Notes under the pieces: model-generated
What the model was told of the DNA's origin: nothing
What the model saw: the letters and a program-made list of their open reading frames with translations, nothing else
Databases searched by the model: none
Program-made: the position numbers and the translations under genes
Source: Eukaryota sp. GEM-RC1
Taxonomy: Eukaryota
DNA length: 64,000 nt
Direction: 5' to 3'
NCBI GenBank assembly: GCA_040285855.1
Contig: JAUFOQ010000010.1
Coordinates: 434,001-498,000, forward strand
Part shown: positions 1 through 13,033 of the stretch, piece after piece
Layout of the letters: each line of letters starts with the position of its first letter
How positions within the stretch are numbered: the first letter of the stretch is position 1

Positions 1-1198
1 GAATCAAAAGATTGTAAACGACACAGGCTTGATGAAGAAGCGATAAGAGAAACATGGGTTTTTGGATAGGATTTAGTAGAGATTTTAAGGTACCTCAAAC
101 TTTGATTCAGACACAGGGGTGATGCTATGACATGATCGTAGTCACATTGTGGAAGTACATTATAAGTGTTTGGAGAAAAAAGAAGATGGTTAAGAACATC
201 AGACTGTATAAGAAGCAACGGAGAGTTATTAAAGGAGATGGTATTCTTCCAAACAATATTAGAATTCCGGTATAGTGTGACCTCCTGATTCAAGTACAGT
301 CTACCCTCCCATTAGTGCGAGCCTTTGGTCAGACCTTAATGGGAGGTTTTGTTTGTACAGACATGAACAGCAGACGACAGCCTTTTATGATATATAAACC
401 AACAAACTATGACTATTGTGCACCATTTGGTGATGAATTGAAGATGGCACGGATCTACCACCACGGGTAATCGTCGTCAAATTTAAGTGGTGGACACTCA
501 ATCATCAGCAAATAGCAATAATCTCTCAGATTTCTGCTAAATGGATGGATGAGAGAAGGGGAGAACTAGTGCTAACGGGGAGGGCGATATAAGAGCGAGA
601 AAGGTCAAGGACGGACCTGCAACTACCAATATAGGAAAGGAGAAAGTTTCAGATACTCAAAGAGACAAATCACAGAGAACTTGTTCTGAAACCGTTAGTA
701 CGCAGAATTGAATATGTGAATAGAAGAACCCCTTCAAAGCATTGATACGACAATAGCAGCATTAACATTGCTAGAGAAGAGTGTTCTTAAAAAAGAGAAT
801 CTACAAGAGGGATATAAAAGATAGGGTAATTTATGCAAGAAGTACACCTAAAATCGTATTCTCAAGATGACAACGAAAACAGCAGATGATTGGTGATGAA
901 AAAGGGTAAGCTTATGTCTTAAGTTTACCCCTTGTTTCTTTGCTGCCTAAGAAACAATACTCTCTGTTATCTACTCTTTCTGAAAGTCAAAAATAAAAAC
1001 CAATGATCCCGGTTAAGCTAGATTAGAAGGGTGTGATTGTTGCAAAGATAAGGTATCGATTCTGGCTTATATATGGTACTGTAACTGTTGGAAGAGGTTG
1101 AAAAGGAACCCGAAAGGGAAAAAAATTGTCGTGCGACAAAATGATGTTGGAGTTTTTTTGAATGAACTCTTCGATCTGTGGTCTATTTTCTTCTTCCA

Positions 1199-2650
1199 AT
1201 GTCTCACTATCTCTGTGATATTTGTCATGGAATTCTCAAGAATCCGGTAACTACTTGGTGTGGCCACACCTTTTGTATGTCGGATTTGCAGGAGTGGCTT
1301 GTTTCTCATAACGGATGTCCGATCTGTCGAGCTGAAGTGGACAAGTCAAGGCTGTGTCCTAACTACAAGTTGAAAGAAGCTGTTGAAGCCTTTGTTGCTG
1401 GTCAAGGTGAGACTATTTGTTTTGAGTGTGATGAAGCTGCTGCCACTTGTTATTGCGCAGATTGTGACGCTGATTTCTGTGACAACTGTTTTAACCCTGC
1501 GCATCGCCCCAAGTTGCTACGATCTCATGTTGCTGTCCCCCTAAATAAGAAGCATGCCTACCTTGTTCCTAAGTGCCCCAGCCACAACATGAAGTCGTTA
1601 GAGTTGTTCTGCACCTTCTGCTCCGTTGCCCTTTGTTCCACGTGTGCTTTCCTTGGTGACCATGACCAACACAAGAAGAAGTTGCTTCCCTTCGATGAAG
1701 GTCGAACCTCTGTTGAAAAGAATATCAACTCAATTAATCAAGAGTTGTCGTTAGGCATTGAAAAAATATCACAGTCAGCTGAAGCTGCTATCCAGCAAGC
1801 AACAAGTGGTTTTGTCCAACTCAAAGAAAGTCTGACTCTCCTGCTGCAAGAAACTATGTTAGACTCTGCTACCATTATGAATGACTTACAATCTGGGAAA
1901 CCTGTCATTTTTACGCCAAAGATCAGCGAAAAATTCACTACCACCACTTCAACCCTTCTCAACAACCAATCTAATATCATCTCCTCTTTAAATGAAGAAC
2001 TGTTCTCCATCCACTCCGATGCTTCTCGTCGTTTGACCTCTCTTTCCGTTGATTCGGAGTCTAGTGTTGCTTCTGCTAGGCTTCTAGAAGACCCTCCTTT
2101 ACCAATCAAGTGCATTGAAAGTGTCTGCCCTGTACAACAAGTTGAAGAGAAGAAACTTGTTATTGATTGGAGCAAGCTTAGCTCTAAGTTGAAGAGTTGT
2201 TATGGTCAGATGGTGAGAAATGAGGTTTCTACGATCAATCTAGACATCAACTCAATTGGTACTGAAGGCGCTATTGCAATTGCTGAAGCTTTGAAGGTGA
2301 ATTCTTCACTTTCTACGATCAATCTAAATAACAACTCAATTGGTAATGAAGGCGCTATTGCAATTACTGAAGCTTTGAAGGTGAATTCTTCACTTTCTAC
2401 GATCTATCTATATAACAACTCAATTGGTACTGAAGGCGCTATTGCAATTGCTGAAGCTTTGAAGGTGAATTCTTCACTTTCTACGATCAATCTAAATAAC
2501 AACTCAATTGGTAATGAAGGCGCTATTGCAATTGCTGAAGCTTTGAAGGTGAATTCTTCACTTTCTACGATCAATCTAAATAACAACTCAATCAACAGTC
2601 AAACACAACAGTCGTTAAAATCTCTACACCAGAACAGAGTGTATTTTTAG
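1199..2650 (+). CDS. TRIM/RBCC-like protein with C-terminal RI-type LRRs (RING, B-box1, B-box2, helical linker, 4 LRRs plus cap); putative E3 ubiquitin ligase
   Basis: Intact ORF from ATG 1199. RING CDIC..CGHTFCMSD..CPIC (sixth ligand is Asp), B-box CFEC..CADC..CDNC..H..H, B-box CPSH..CTFC..CSTC..H..H, then 28-aa repeats xxTIxLxxNSIGxEGAIAIAEALKVNSS. Confidence 0.9.
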   Translation: MSHYLCDICHGILKNPVTTWCGHTFCMSDLQEWLVSHNGCPICRAEVDKSRLCPNYKLKEAVEAFVAGQGETICFECDEAAATCYCADCDADFCDNCFNPAHRPKLLRSHVAVPLNKKHAYLVPKCPSHNMKSLELFCTFCSVALCSTCAFLGDHDQHKKKLLPFDEGRTSVEKNINSINQELSLGIEKISQSAEAAIQQATSGFVQLKESLTLLLQETMLDSATIMNDLQSGKPVIFTPKISEKFTTTTSTLLNNQSNIISSLNEELFSIHSDASRRLTSLSVDSESSVASARLLEDPPLPIKCIESVCPVQQVEEKKLVIDWSKLSSKLKSCYGQMVRNEVSTINLDINSIGTEGAIAIAEALKVNSSLSTINLNNNSIGNEGAIAITEALKVNSSLSTIYLYNNSIGTEGAIAIAEALKVNSSLSTINLNNNSIGNEGAIAIAEALKVNSSLSTINLNNNSINSQTQQSLKSLHQNRVYF

Positions 2651-3542
2651 ACATGTTTTTCTTGGATATAAAGATCACATTTTTCAATCACAAATAATTT
2701 CTTATCAGAAACACCATAATTAAACGGTGAATGTATAAAACACTTCAAAAATGATTTAGCTCAGAACAATCATTGTCCCGAACAAAACTCAGAAGTGACT
2801 CACCACAGATAATCAAATATCATGGCTGTTTAGCTGATGTTGAGATACATATTTTAACTACTACTCTGGTGAGTAACACACATCATATTTACTCAGCTGG
2901 TGCTTTTGCGATTGTTCCCAATAACACCAGACATTTATTAGTATCTGAAATAGTGTTTATACTATATACTTACCAATATTTGGAATTGCCAACATTCAAT
3001 CTCATTATTAACACGACTATATTATCCTTTGAGAAGCTTCACTGTCAATATATGATGCTTGGATTATTCTCAGTGATGATTCATATACGTGTTTTTGCAT
3101 TTTTTCAGTAAATCTGACAGTGATAGACAAAGAATTACCAAAACTGTTTCATTGAATATTGCAGTCAATAGCAAGAACACAAATGGCGGCGTTGAATTTA
3201 CGAAGACTCAGTGAAACTATTTTGCTTTCTGCAGTTTTTACATAGGCAAGTAAAAGCTATTGAAATTAAAGAGTATGAATTTGTAATCTTTGTTAACTGA
3301 TTGTTGAGAATTTATTCGCAAATTACAGATATTTTACCAGAAGAAAGAGTGTATATATAGACTTTTTTAATACTGGTTAGAAGTAATATTATTATTTTGT
3401 CTTTGTGTCAAGACACAAAACCGGTTTTTGTACATCTTAACTTATGTAACATATACTAGGTGACACAGCAGTGGATATGTATTCTGTAGACTATCTGAAA
3501 AACACAAAACGTAATTGATAAGGCTTTGAAGAAACACGCGGA

Positions 3543-4373
3543 GTCGTCTTTAAGCCAAAGATCAGCGAAAAATTCACTGCCACCACTTCAACCCTTCTCA
3601 ACAACCAATCTAATATCATCTCCTCTTTAAATGAAGAACTGTTCTCCATCCACTCCGATGCTTCTCGTCGTTTGACCTCTCTTTCCGTTGATTCGGAGTC
3701 TAGTGTTGCTTCTGCTAGGCTTCTAGAAGACCCTCCTTTACCAATCAAGTGCATTGAAAGTGTCTGCCCTGTACAACAAGTTGAAGAGAAGAAACTTGTT
3801 ATTGATTGGAGCAAGCTTAGCTCTAAGTTGAAGAGTTGTTATGATCAAATGGTGAGAAATGAGGTTTCTACGATCAATCTAGACAGCAACTCAATTGGTC
3901 CTGAAGGTGCTATTGCAATTGCTGAAGCTTTGAAGGTGAATTCTTCACTTTCTACGATCTATCTAAATAACAACTCAATTGGTAATGAAGGCGCTATTGC
4001 AATTGCTGAAGCTTTGAAGGTGAATTCTTCACTTTCTACGATCAATCTATATATCAACTCAATTGGTACTGAAGGCGCTATTGCAATTGCTGAAGCTTTG
4101 AAGGTGAATTCTTCACTTTCTACGATCAATCTATATAACAACTCAATTGGTACTGAAGGCGCTATTGCAATTGCTGAAGCTTTGAAGGTGAATTCTTCAC
4201 TTTCTACGATCTATCTACATAACAACTCAATTGGTACTGAAGGCGCTATTGCAATTGCTGAAGCTTTGAAGGTGAATTCTTCACTTTCTACGATCGGTCT
4301 ATCTAACAACTCAATCAACAGTCAAACACAACAGTCGTTAAAATCTCTACACCAGAACAGAGTGTATTTTTAG
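3543..4373 (+). pseudogene. Cassette A1: 5'-truncated TRIM-LRR copy, 5 LRRs plus cap
   Basis: Homology to the gene starts at the codon equivalent to 1904. In-frame TGA TAA lies just upstream (3516-3521). The frame is open to TAG and the only ATG is at MVRNE. Confidence 0.85.
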
Positions 4374-5264
4374 ACATGTTTTTCTTGGATATAAAGATCA
4401 CATTTTTCAATCACAAATAATTTCTTATCAGAAACACCATAATTAAACGGTGAATGTATAAAACACTTCAAAAATGATTTAGCTCAGAACAATCATTGTC
4501 CCGAACAAAACTCAGAAGTGACTCACCACAGATAATCAAATATCATGGCTGTTTAGCTGATGTTGAGATACATATTTTAACTACTACTCTGGTGAGTAAC
4601 ACACATCATATTTACTCAGCTGGTGCTTTTGCGATTGTTCCCAATAACACCAGACATTTATTAGTATCTGAAATAGTGTTTATACTATATACTTACCAAT
4701 ATTTGGAATTGCCAACATTCAATCTCATTATTAACACGACTATATTATCCTTTGAGAAGCTTCACTGTCAATATATGATGCTTGGATTATTCTCAGTGAT
4801 GATTCATATACGTGTTTTTGCATTTTTTCAGTAAATCTGACAGTGATAGACAAAGAATTACCAAAACTGTTTCATTGAATATTGCAGTCAATAGCAAGAA
4901 CACAAATGGCGGCGTTGAATTTACGAAGACTCAGTGAAACTATTTTGCTTTCTGCAGTTTTTACATAGGCAAGTAAAAGCTATTGAAATTAAAGAGTATG
5001 AATTTGTAATCTTTGTTAAATGATTGTTGAGAATTTATTCGCAAATTACAGATATTTTACCAGAAGAAAGAGTGTATATATAGACTTTTTAATACTGGTT
5101 AGAAGTAATATTATTATTTTGTCTTTGTGTCAAGACACAAAACCGGTTTTTGTACATCTTAACTTATGTAACATATACTAGGTGACACAGCAGTGGATAT
5201 GTATTCTGTAGACTATCTGAAAAACACAAAACGTAATTGATAAGGCTTTGAAGAAACACGCGGA

Positions 5265-6179
5265 GTCGTCTTTAAGCCAAAGATCAGCGAAAAATTCACT
5301 GCCACCACTTCAACCCTTCTCAACAACCAATCTAATATCATCTCCTCTTTAAATGAAGAACTGTTCTCCATCCACTCCGATGCTTCTCGTCGTTTGACCT
5401 CTCTTTCCGTTGATTCGGAGTCTAGTGTTGCTTCTGCTAGGCTTCTAGAAGACCCTCCTTTACCAATCAAGTGCATTGAAAGTGTCTGCCCTGTACAACA
5501 AGTTGAAGAGAAGAAACTTGTTATTGATTGGAGCAAGCTTAGCTCTAAGTTGAAGAGTTGTTATGATCAAATGGTGAGAAATGAGGTTTCTACGATCAAT
5601 CTAGACAGCAACTCAATTGGTCCTGAAGGTGCTATTGCAATTGCTGAAGCTTTGAAGGTGAATTCTTCACTTTCTACGATCTATCTAAATAACAACTCAA
5701 TTGGTAATGAAGGCGCTATTGCAATTGCTGAAGCTTTGAAGGTGAATTCTTCACTTTCTACGATCAATCTATATATCAACTCAATTGGTACTGAAGGCGC
5801 TATTGCAATTGCTGAAGCTTTGAAGGTGAATTCTTCACTTTCTACGATCAATCTATATAACAACTCAATTGGTACTGAAGGCGCTATTGCAATTGCTGAA
5901 GCTTTGAAGGTGAATTCTTCACTTTCTACGATCTATCTACATAACAACTCAATTGGTACTGAAGGCGCTATTGCAATTGCTGAAGCTTTGAAGGTGAATT
6001 CTTCACTTTCTACGATCTATCTACATAACAACTCAATTGGTAATGAAGGCGCTATTGCAATTGCTGAAGCTTTGAAGGTGAATTCTTCACTTTCTACGAT
6101 CGGTCTATCTAACAACTCAATCAACAGTCAAACACAACAGTCGTTAAAATCTCTACACCAGAACAGAGTGTATTTTTAG
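5265..6179 (+). pseudogene. Cassette A2: 6 LRRs plus cap
   Basis: Same 5' junction (aaacacgcgga|gtcgtctttaag). One extra IYLHNN module relative to A1. Confidence 0.85.
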
Positions 6180-7070
6180 ACATGTTTTTCTTGGATATAA
6201 AGATCACATTTTTCAATCACAAATAATTTCTTATCAGAAACACCATAATTAAACGGTGAATGTATAAAACACTTCAAAAATGATTTAGCTCAGAACAATC
6301 ATTGTCCCGAACAAAACTCAGAAGTGACTCACCACAGATAATCAAATATCATGGCTGTTTAGCTGATGTTGAGATACATATTTTAACTACTACTCTGGTG
6401 AGTAACACACATCATATTTACTCAGCTGGTGCTTTTGCGATTGTTCCCAATAACACCAGACATTTATTAGTATCTGAAATAGTGTTTATACTATATACTT
6501 ACCAATATTTGGAATTGCCAACATTCAATCTCATTATTAACACGACTATATTATCCTTTGAGAAGCTTCACTGTCAATATATGATGCTTGGATTATTCTC
6601 AGTGATGATTCATATACGTGTTTTTGCATTTTTTCAGTAAATCTGACAGTGATAGACAAAGAATTACCAAAACTGTTTCATTGAATATTGCAGTCAATAG
6701 CAAGAACACAAATGGCGGCGTTGAATTTACGAAGACTCAGTGAAACTATTTTGCTTTCTGCAGTTTTTACATAGGCAAGTAAAAGCTATTGAAATTAAAG
6801 AGTATGAATTTGTAATCTTTGTTAACTGATTGTTGAGAATTTATTCGCAAATTACAGATATTTTACCAGAAGAAAGAGTGTATATATAGACTTTTTAATA
6901 CTGGTTAGAAGTAATATTATTATTTTGTCTTTGTGTCAAGACACAAAACCGGTTTTTGTACATCTTAACTTATGTAACATATACTAGGTGACACAGCAGT
7001 GGATATGTATTCTGTAGACTATCTGAAAAACACAAAACGTAATTGATAAGGCTTTGAAGAAACACGCGGA

Positions 7071-7985
7071 GTCGTCTTTAAGCCAAAGATCAGCGAAAAA
7101 TTCACTGCCACCACTTCAACCCTTCTCAACAACCAATCTAATATCATCTCCTCTTTAAATGAAGAACTGTTCTCCATCCACTCCGATGCTTCTCGTCGTT
7201 TGACCTCTCTTTCCGTTGATTCGGAGTCTAGTGTTGCTTCTGCTAGGCTTCTAGAAGACCCTCCTTTACCAATCAAGTGCATTGAAAGTGTCTGCCCTGT
7301 ACAACAAGTTGAAGAGAAGAAACTTGTTATTGATTGGAGCAAGCTTAGCTCTAAGTTGAAGAGTTGTTATGATCAAATGGTGAGAAATGAGGTTTCTACG
7401 ATCAATCTAGACAGCAACTCAATTGGTAATGAAGGCGCTATTGCAATTGCTGAAGCTTTGAAGGTGAATTCTTCACTTTCTACGATCTATCTATATAACA
7501 ACTCAATTGGTCCTGAAGCCGCTATTGCAATTGCTGAAGCTTTGAAGGTGAATTCTTCACTTTCTAGAATCGATCTAAATAACAACTCAATTGGTAATGA
7601 AGGCGCTATTGCAATTGCTGAAGCTTTGAAGGTGAATTCTTCACTTTCTACGATCAATCTATATAACAACTCAATTGGTACTGAAGGCGCTATTGCAATT
7701 GCTGAAGCTTTGAAGGTGAATTCTTCACTTTCTACGATCTATCTACATAACAACTCAATTGGTACTGAAGGCGCTATTGCAATTGCTGAAGCTTTGAAGG
7801 TGAATTCTTCACTTTCTACGATCTATCTACATAACAACTCAATTGGTAATGAAGGCGCTATTGCAATTGCTGAAGCTTTGAAGGTGAATTCTTCACTTTC
7901 TACGATCGGTCTATCTAACAACTCAATCAACAGTCAAACACAACAGTCGTTAAAATCTCTACACCAGAACAGAGTGTATTTTTAG
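7071..7985 (+). pseudogene. Cassette A3: 6 LRRs plus cap
   Basis: Same junction. First three modules differ from A2 (including RIDLNNN); the last three and the cap match A2. Confidence 0.85.
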
Positions 7986-8876
7986 ACATGTTTTTCTTGG
8001 ATATAAAGATCACATTTTTCAATCACAAATAATTTCTTATCAGAAACACCATAATTAAACGGTGAATGTATAAAACACTTCAAAATGATTTAGCTCAGAA
8101 CAATCATTGTCCCGAACAAAACTCAGAAGTGACTCACCACAGATAATCAAATATCATGGCTGTTTAGCTGATGTTGAGATACATATTTTAACTACTACTC
8201 TGGTGAGTAACACACATCATATTTACTCAGCTGGTGCTTTTGCGATTGTTCCCAATAACACCAGACATTTATTAGTATCTGAAATAGTGTTTATACTATA
8301 TACTTACCAATATTTGGAATTGCCAACATTCAATCTCATTATTAACACGACTATATTATCCTTTGAGAAGCTTCACTGTCAATATATGATGCTTGGATTA
8401 TTCTCAGTGATGATTCATATACGTGTTTTTGCATTTTTTCAGTAAATCTGACAGTGATAGACAAAGAATTACCAAAACTGTTTCATTGAATATTGCAGTC
8501 AATAGCAAGAACACAAATGGCGGCGTTGAATTTACGAAGACTCAGTGAAACTATTTTGCTTTCTGCAGTTTTTACATAGGCAAGTAAAAGCTATTGAAAT
8601 TAAAGAGTATGAATTTGTAATCTTTGTTAACTGATTGTTGAGAATTTATTCGCAAATTACAGATATTTTACCAGAAGAAAGAGTGTATATATAGACTTTT
8701 TTAATACTGGTTAGAAGTAATATTATTATTTTGTCTTTGTGTCAAGACACAAAACCGGTTTTTGTACATCTTAACTTATGTAACATATACTAGGTGACAC
8801 AGCAGTGGATATGTATTCTGTAGACTATCTGAAAAACACAAAACGTAATTGATAAGGCTTTGAAGAAACACGCGGA

Positions 8877-9623
8877 GTCGTCTTTAAGCCAAAGATCAGC
8901 GAAAAATTCACTGCCACCACTTCAACCCTTCTCAACAACCAATCTAATATCATCTCCTCTTTAAATGAAGAACTGTTCTCCATCCACTCCGATGCTTCTC
9001 GTCGTTTGACCTCTCTTTCCGTTGATTCGGAGTCTAGTGTTGCTTCTGCTAGGCTTCTAGAAGACCCTCCTTTACCAATCAAGTGCATTGAAAGTGTCTG
9101 CCCTGTACAACAAGTTGAAGAGAAGAAACTTGTTATTGATTGGAGCAAGCTTAGCTCTAAGTTGAAGAGTTGTTATGATCAAATGGTGAGAAATGAGGTT
9201 TCTACGATCAATCTAGACAGCAACTCAATTGGTAATGAAGGCGCTATTGCAATTGCTGAAGCTTTGAAGGTGAATTCTTCACTTTCTACGATCAATCTAG
9301 ACAGCAACTCAATTGGTAATGAAGGCGCTATTGCAATTGCTGAAGCTTTGAAGGTGAATTCTTCACTTTCTACGATCAATCTAAATAACAACTCAATTGG
9401 TAATGAAGGCGCTATTGCAATTGCTGAAGCTTTGAAGGTGAATTCTTCACTTTCTACGATCTATCTATATAACAACTCAATTGGTACTGAAGGCGCTATT
9501 GCAATTGCTGAAGCTTTGAAGGTGAATTCTTCACTTTCTACGATCAATCTAAATAACAACTCAATCAACAGTCAAACACAACAGTCGTTAAAATCTCTAC
9601 ACCAGAACAGAGTGTATTTTTAG
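8877..9623 (+). pseudogene. Cassette A4: 4 LRRs plus cap
   Basis: Same junction. Duplicated INLDSN module. Confidence 0.85.
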
Positions 9624-10515
9624 ACATGTTTTTCTTGGATATAAAGATCACATTTTTCAATCACAAATAATTTCTTATCAGAAACACCATTATTAAACGA
9701 TGTATGTATAAAACACTTCAAAAATGATTTAGCTCAGAACAATCATTGTCCCGAACAAAACTCAGAAGTGACTCACCACAGATAATCAAATATCATGGCT
9801 GTTTAGCAGATGTTGAGATACATATTTTAACTACTACTCTGGTGAGTAACACACATCATATTTACTCAGCTGGTGCTTTTGCGATTGTTCCCAATAACAC
9901 CAGACATTTATTAGTATCTGAAATAGTGTTTATACTATATACTTACCAATATTTGGAATTGCCAACATTCAATCTCATTATTAACACGACTATATTATCC
10001 TTTGAGAAGCTTCACTGTCAATATATGATGCTTGGATTATTCTCAGTGATGATTCATATACGTGTTTTTGCATTTTTTCAGTAAATCTGACAGTGATAGA
10101 CAAAGAATTACCAAAACTGTTTCATTGAATATTGCAGTCAATAGCAAGAACACAAATGGCGGCGTTGAATTTACGAAGACTCAGTGAAACTATTTTGCTT
10201 TCTGCAGTTTTTACATAGGCAAGTAAAAGCTATTGAAATTAAAGAGTATGAATTTGTAATCTTTGTTAACTGATTGTTGAGAATTTATTCGCAAATTACA
10301 GATATTTTACCAGAAGAAAGAGTGTATATATAGACTTTTTTAATACTGGTTAGAAGTAATATTAATATTTTGTCTTTGTGTCAAGACACAAAACCGGTTT
10401 TTGTACATCTTAACTTATGTAACATATACTAGGTGACACAGCAGTGGATATTTATTCTGTAGACTATCTGAAAAACACAAAACGTAATTGATAAGGCTTT
10501 GAAGAAACACGCGGA

Positions 10516-11262
10516 GTCGTCTTTAAGCCAAAGATCAGCGAAAAATTCACTACCACCACTTCAACCCTTCTCAACAACCAATCTAATATCATCTCCTCTT
10601 TAAATGAAGAACTGTTCTCCATCCACTCCGATGCTTCTCGTCGTTTGACCTCTCTTTCCGTTGATTCGGAGTCTAGTGTTGCTTCTGCTAGGCTTCTAGA
10701 AGACCCTCCTTTACCAATCAAGTGCATTGAAAGTGTCTGCCCTGTACAACAAGTTGAAGAGAAGAAACTTGTTATTGATTGGAGCAAGCTTAGCTCTAAG
10801 TTGAAGAGTTGTTATGATCAAATGGTGAGAAATGAGGTTTCTACGATCAATCTAGACAGCAACTCAATTGGTAATGAAGGCGCTATTGCAATTGCTGAAG
10901 CTTTGAAGGTGAATTCTTCACTTTCTACGATCAATCTAAATAACAACTCAATTGGTAATGAAGGCGCTATTGCAATTGCTGAAGCTTTGAAGGTGAATTC
11001 TTCACTTTCTACGATCTATCTATATAACAACTCAATTGGTACTGAAGGCGCTATTGCAATTGCTGAAGCTTTGAAGGTGAATTCTTCACTTTCTACGATC
11101 AATCTAAATAACAACTCAATTGGTAATGAAGGCGCTATTGCAATTGCTGAAGCTTTGAAGGTGAATTCTTCACTTTCTACGATCAATCTAAATAACAACT
11201 CAATCAACAGTCAAACACAACAGTCGTTAAAATCTCTACACCAGAACAGAGTGTATTTTTAG
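10516..11262 (+). pseudogene. Cassette A5: 4 LRRs plus cap
   Basis: Same junction. Modules 2 to cap match those of the intact gene. Confidence 0.85.
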
Positions 11263-11698
11263 ACATGTTTTTCTTGGATATAAAGATCACATTTTTCAAT
11301 CACAAATAATTTCTTATCAGAAACACCATTATTAAACGATGTATGTATAAAACACTTCAAAAATGATTTAGCTCAGAACAATCATTGTCCCGAACAAAAC
11401 TCAGAAGTGACTCACCACAGATAATCAAATATCATGGCTGTTTAGCAGATGTTGAGATACATATTTTAACTACTACTCTGGTGAGTAACACACATCATAT
11501 TTACTCAGCTGGTGCTTTTGCGATTGTTCCCAATAACACCAGACATTTATTAGTATCTGAAATAGTGTTTATACTATATACTTACCAATATTTGGAATTG
11601 CCAACATTCAATCTCATTATTAACACGACTATATTATCCTTTGAGAAGCTTCACTGTCAATATATGATGCTTGGATTATTCTCAGTGATGATTCATAT

Positions 11699-12570
11699 TA
11701 GAGATGGGAGCCGGCTCAATTTAGCCGGCTGAGCCGGCTAGCCGAGCCAGCCGACTGGTCCAGAATAGAAAAATTTTCAGCTGCAAGCCGGCTGGCTAAA
11801 TATGTTTTTAGCCGGCTCAAGCCGAATATTTTAGGTTCTCAGAAAACATAGCTAATAAAGAACGAATGATGAATTTAGAAATCGAAAATATCATTTACAG
11901 CGCTTTACAGAACAGTTTAGGGCTACTAATGTTTATCAACGTTCGAGCAACAGTAGAATTGGTGAATATAGTTGATATGTGTCAAATAATTGCCCTACTG
12001 TTTTTCTTGGGCACTGATAGTACATTCAGTGCCTTATGTACATTGTCGCAGTGTCTATTTCTGACACTTTAAATGTCTATTACATCTTTTGCTTCCAAAT
12101 AAACCGCTATACTTGTGTTCCGAGACAGTAAAAAACCTAGAGTCCGTCAGAGCTCTTCCTCCAACGACTTTGTTTCTTTAGGACTAATTAAGCTCCTTCT
12201 CAAAAGTACTATCGTACTGTTGTCATATTTTAGGCAGACAGCCAATTCCATAGTGGTGTTTCGATTGTTTCACAGATTCAAGCGATAACTAACCGTCAAG
12301 TATATAAGTGATAATCACAAAAATATGTGACATGTAAAATCTGTGAAAACTGGAATGTACTGATCAATAGTATCAGCATTGTGTCGTTTTGATACTCGGT
12401 GTAGTTGTCATTAACAATGGTTCTGAATCATTTTATTGATATATCAACCAACATGCGGCTGAGCCGGCTTTAGCCGGCTTGAGCTGGCTAAAATGCGTTG
12501 TAAGCCGCAGCCGGCTGGCTAATGCCTGCGGCTTAGCCGTGAGCAAATTTTGAGCCGGCTCCCATCTATA
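11699..12570. mobile_element. Non-autonomous hAT-like element (MITE), 872 bp
   Basis: 21-bp TIR TA(G/T)AGATGGGAGCCGGCTCAA, perfect 8-bp TSD ATTCATAT (11691-11698 and 12571-12578), subterminal AGCCGGCT repeats. The empty site is visible in the other array A spacers. Confidence 0.92.
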
Positions 12571-13033
12571 ATTCATATACGTGTTTTTGCATTTTTTCAG
12601 TAAATCTGACAGTGATAGACAAAGAATTACCAAAACTGTTTCATTGAATATTGCAGTCAATAGCAAGAACACAAATGGCGGCGTTGAATTTACGAAGACT
12701 CAGTGAAACTATTTTGCTTTCTGCAGTTTTTACATAGGCAAGTAAAAGCTATTGAAATTAAAGAGTATGAATTTGTAATCTTTGTTAACTGATTGTTGAG
12801 AATTTATTCGCAAATTACAGATATTTTACCAGAAGAAAGAGTGTATATATAGACTTTTTAATACTGGTTAGAAGTAATATTAATATTTTGTCTTTGTGTC
12901 AAGACACAAAACCGGTTTTTGTACATCTTAACTTATGTAACATATACTAGGTGACACAGCAGTGGATATTTATTCTGTAGACTATCTGAAAAACACAAAA
13001 CGTAATTGATAAGGCTTTGAAGAAACACGCGGA

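Noticed and set aside
1..1100. Possible decayed retroelement or gene upstream of the TRIM-LRR gene
   Set aside because: Purine-rich and coding-like in places, but there is no sustained ORF or motif I can support.
1904..3543. GT(1904)..AG(3543) intron joining the head directly to cassette A1
   Set aside because: The join would shift the frame by one base, and the donor context (GTCATT) is poor.
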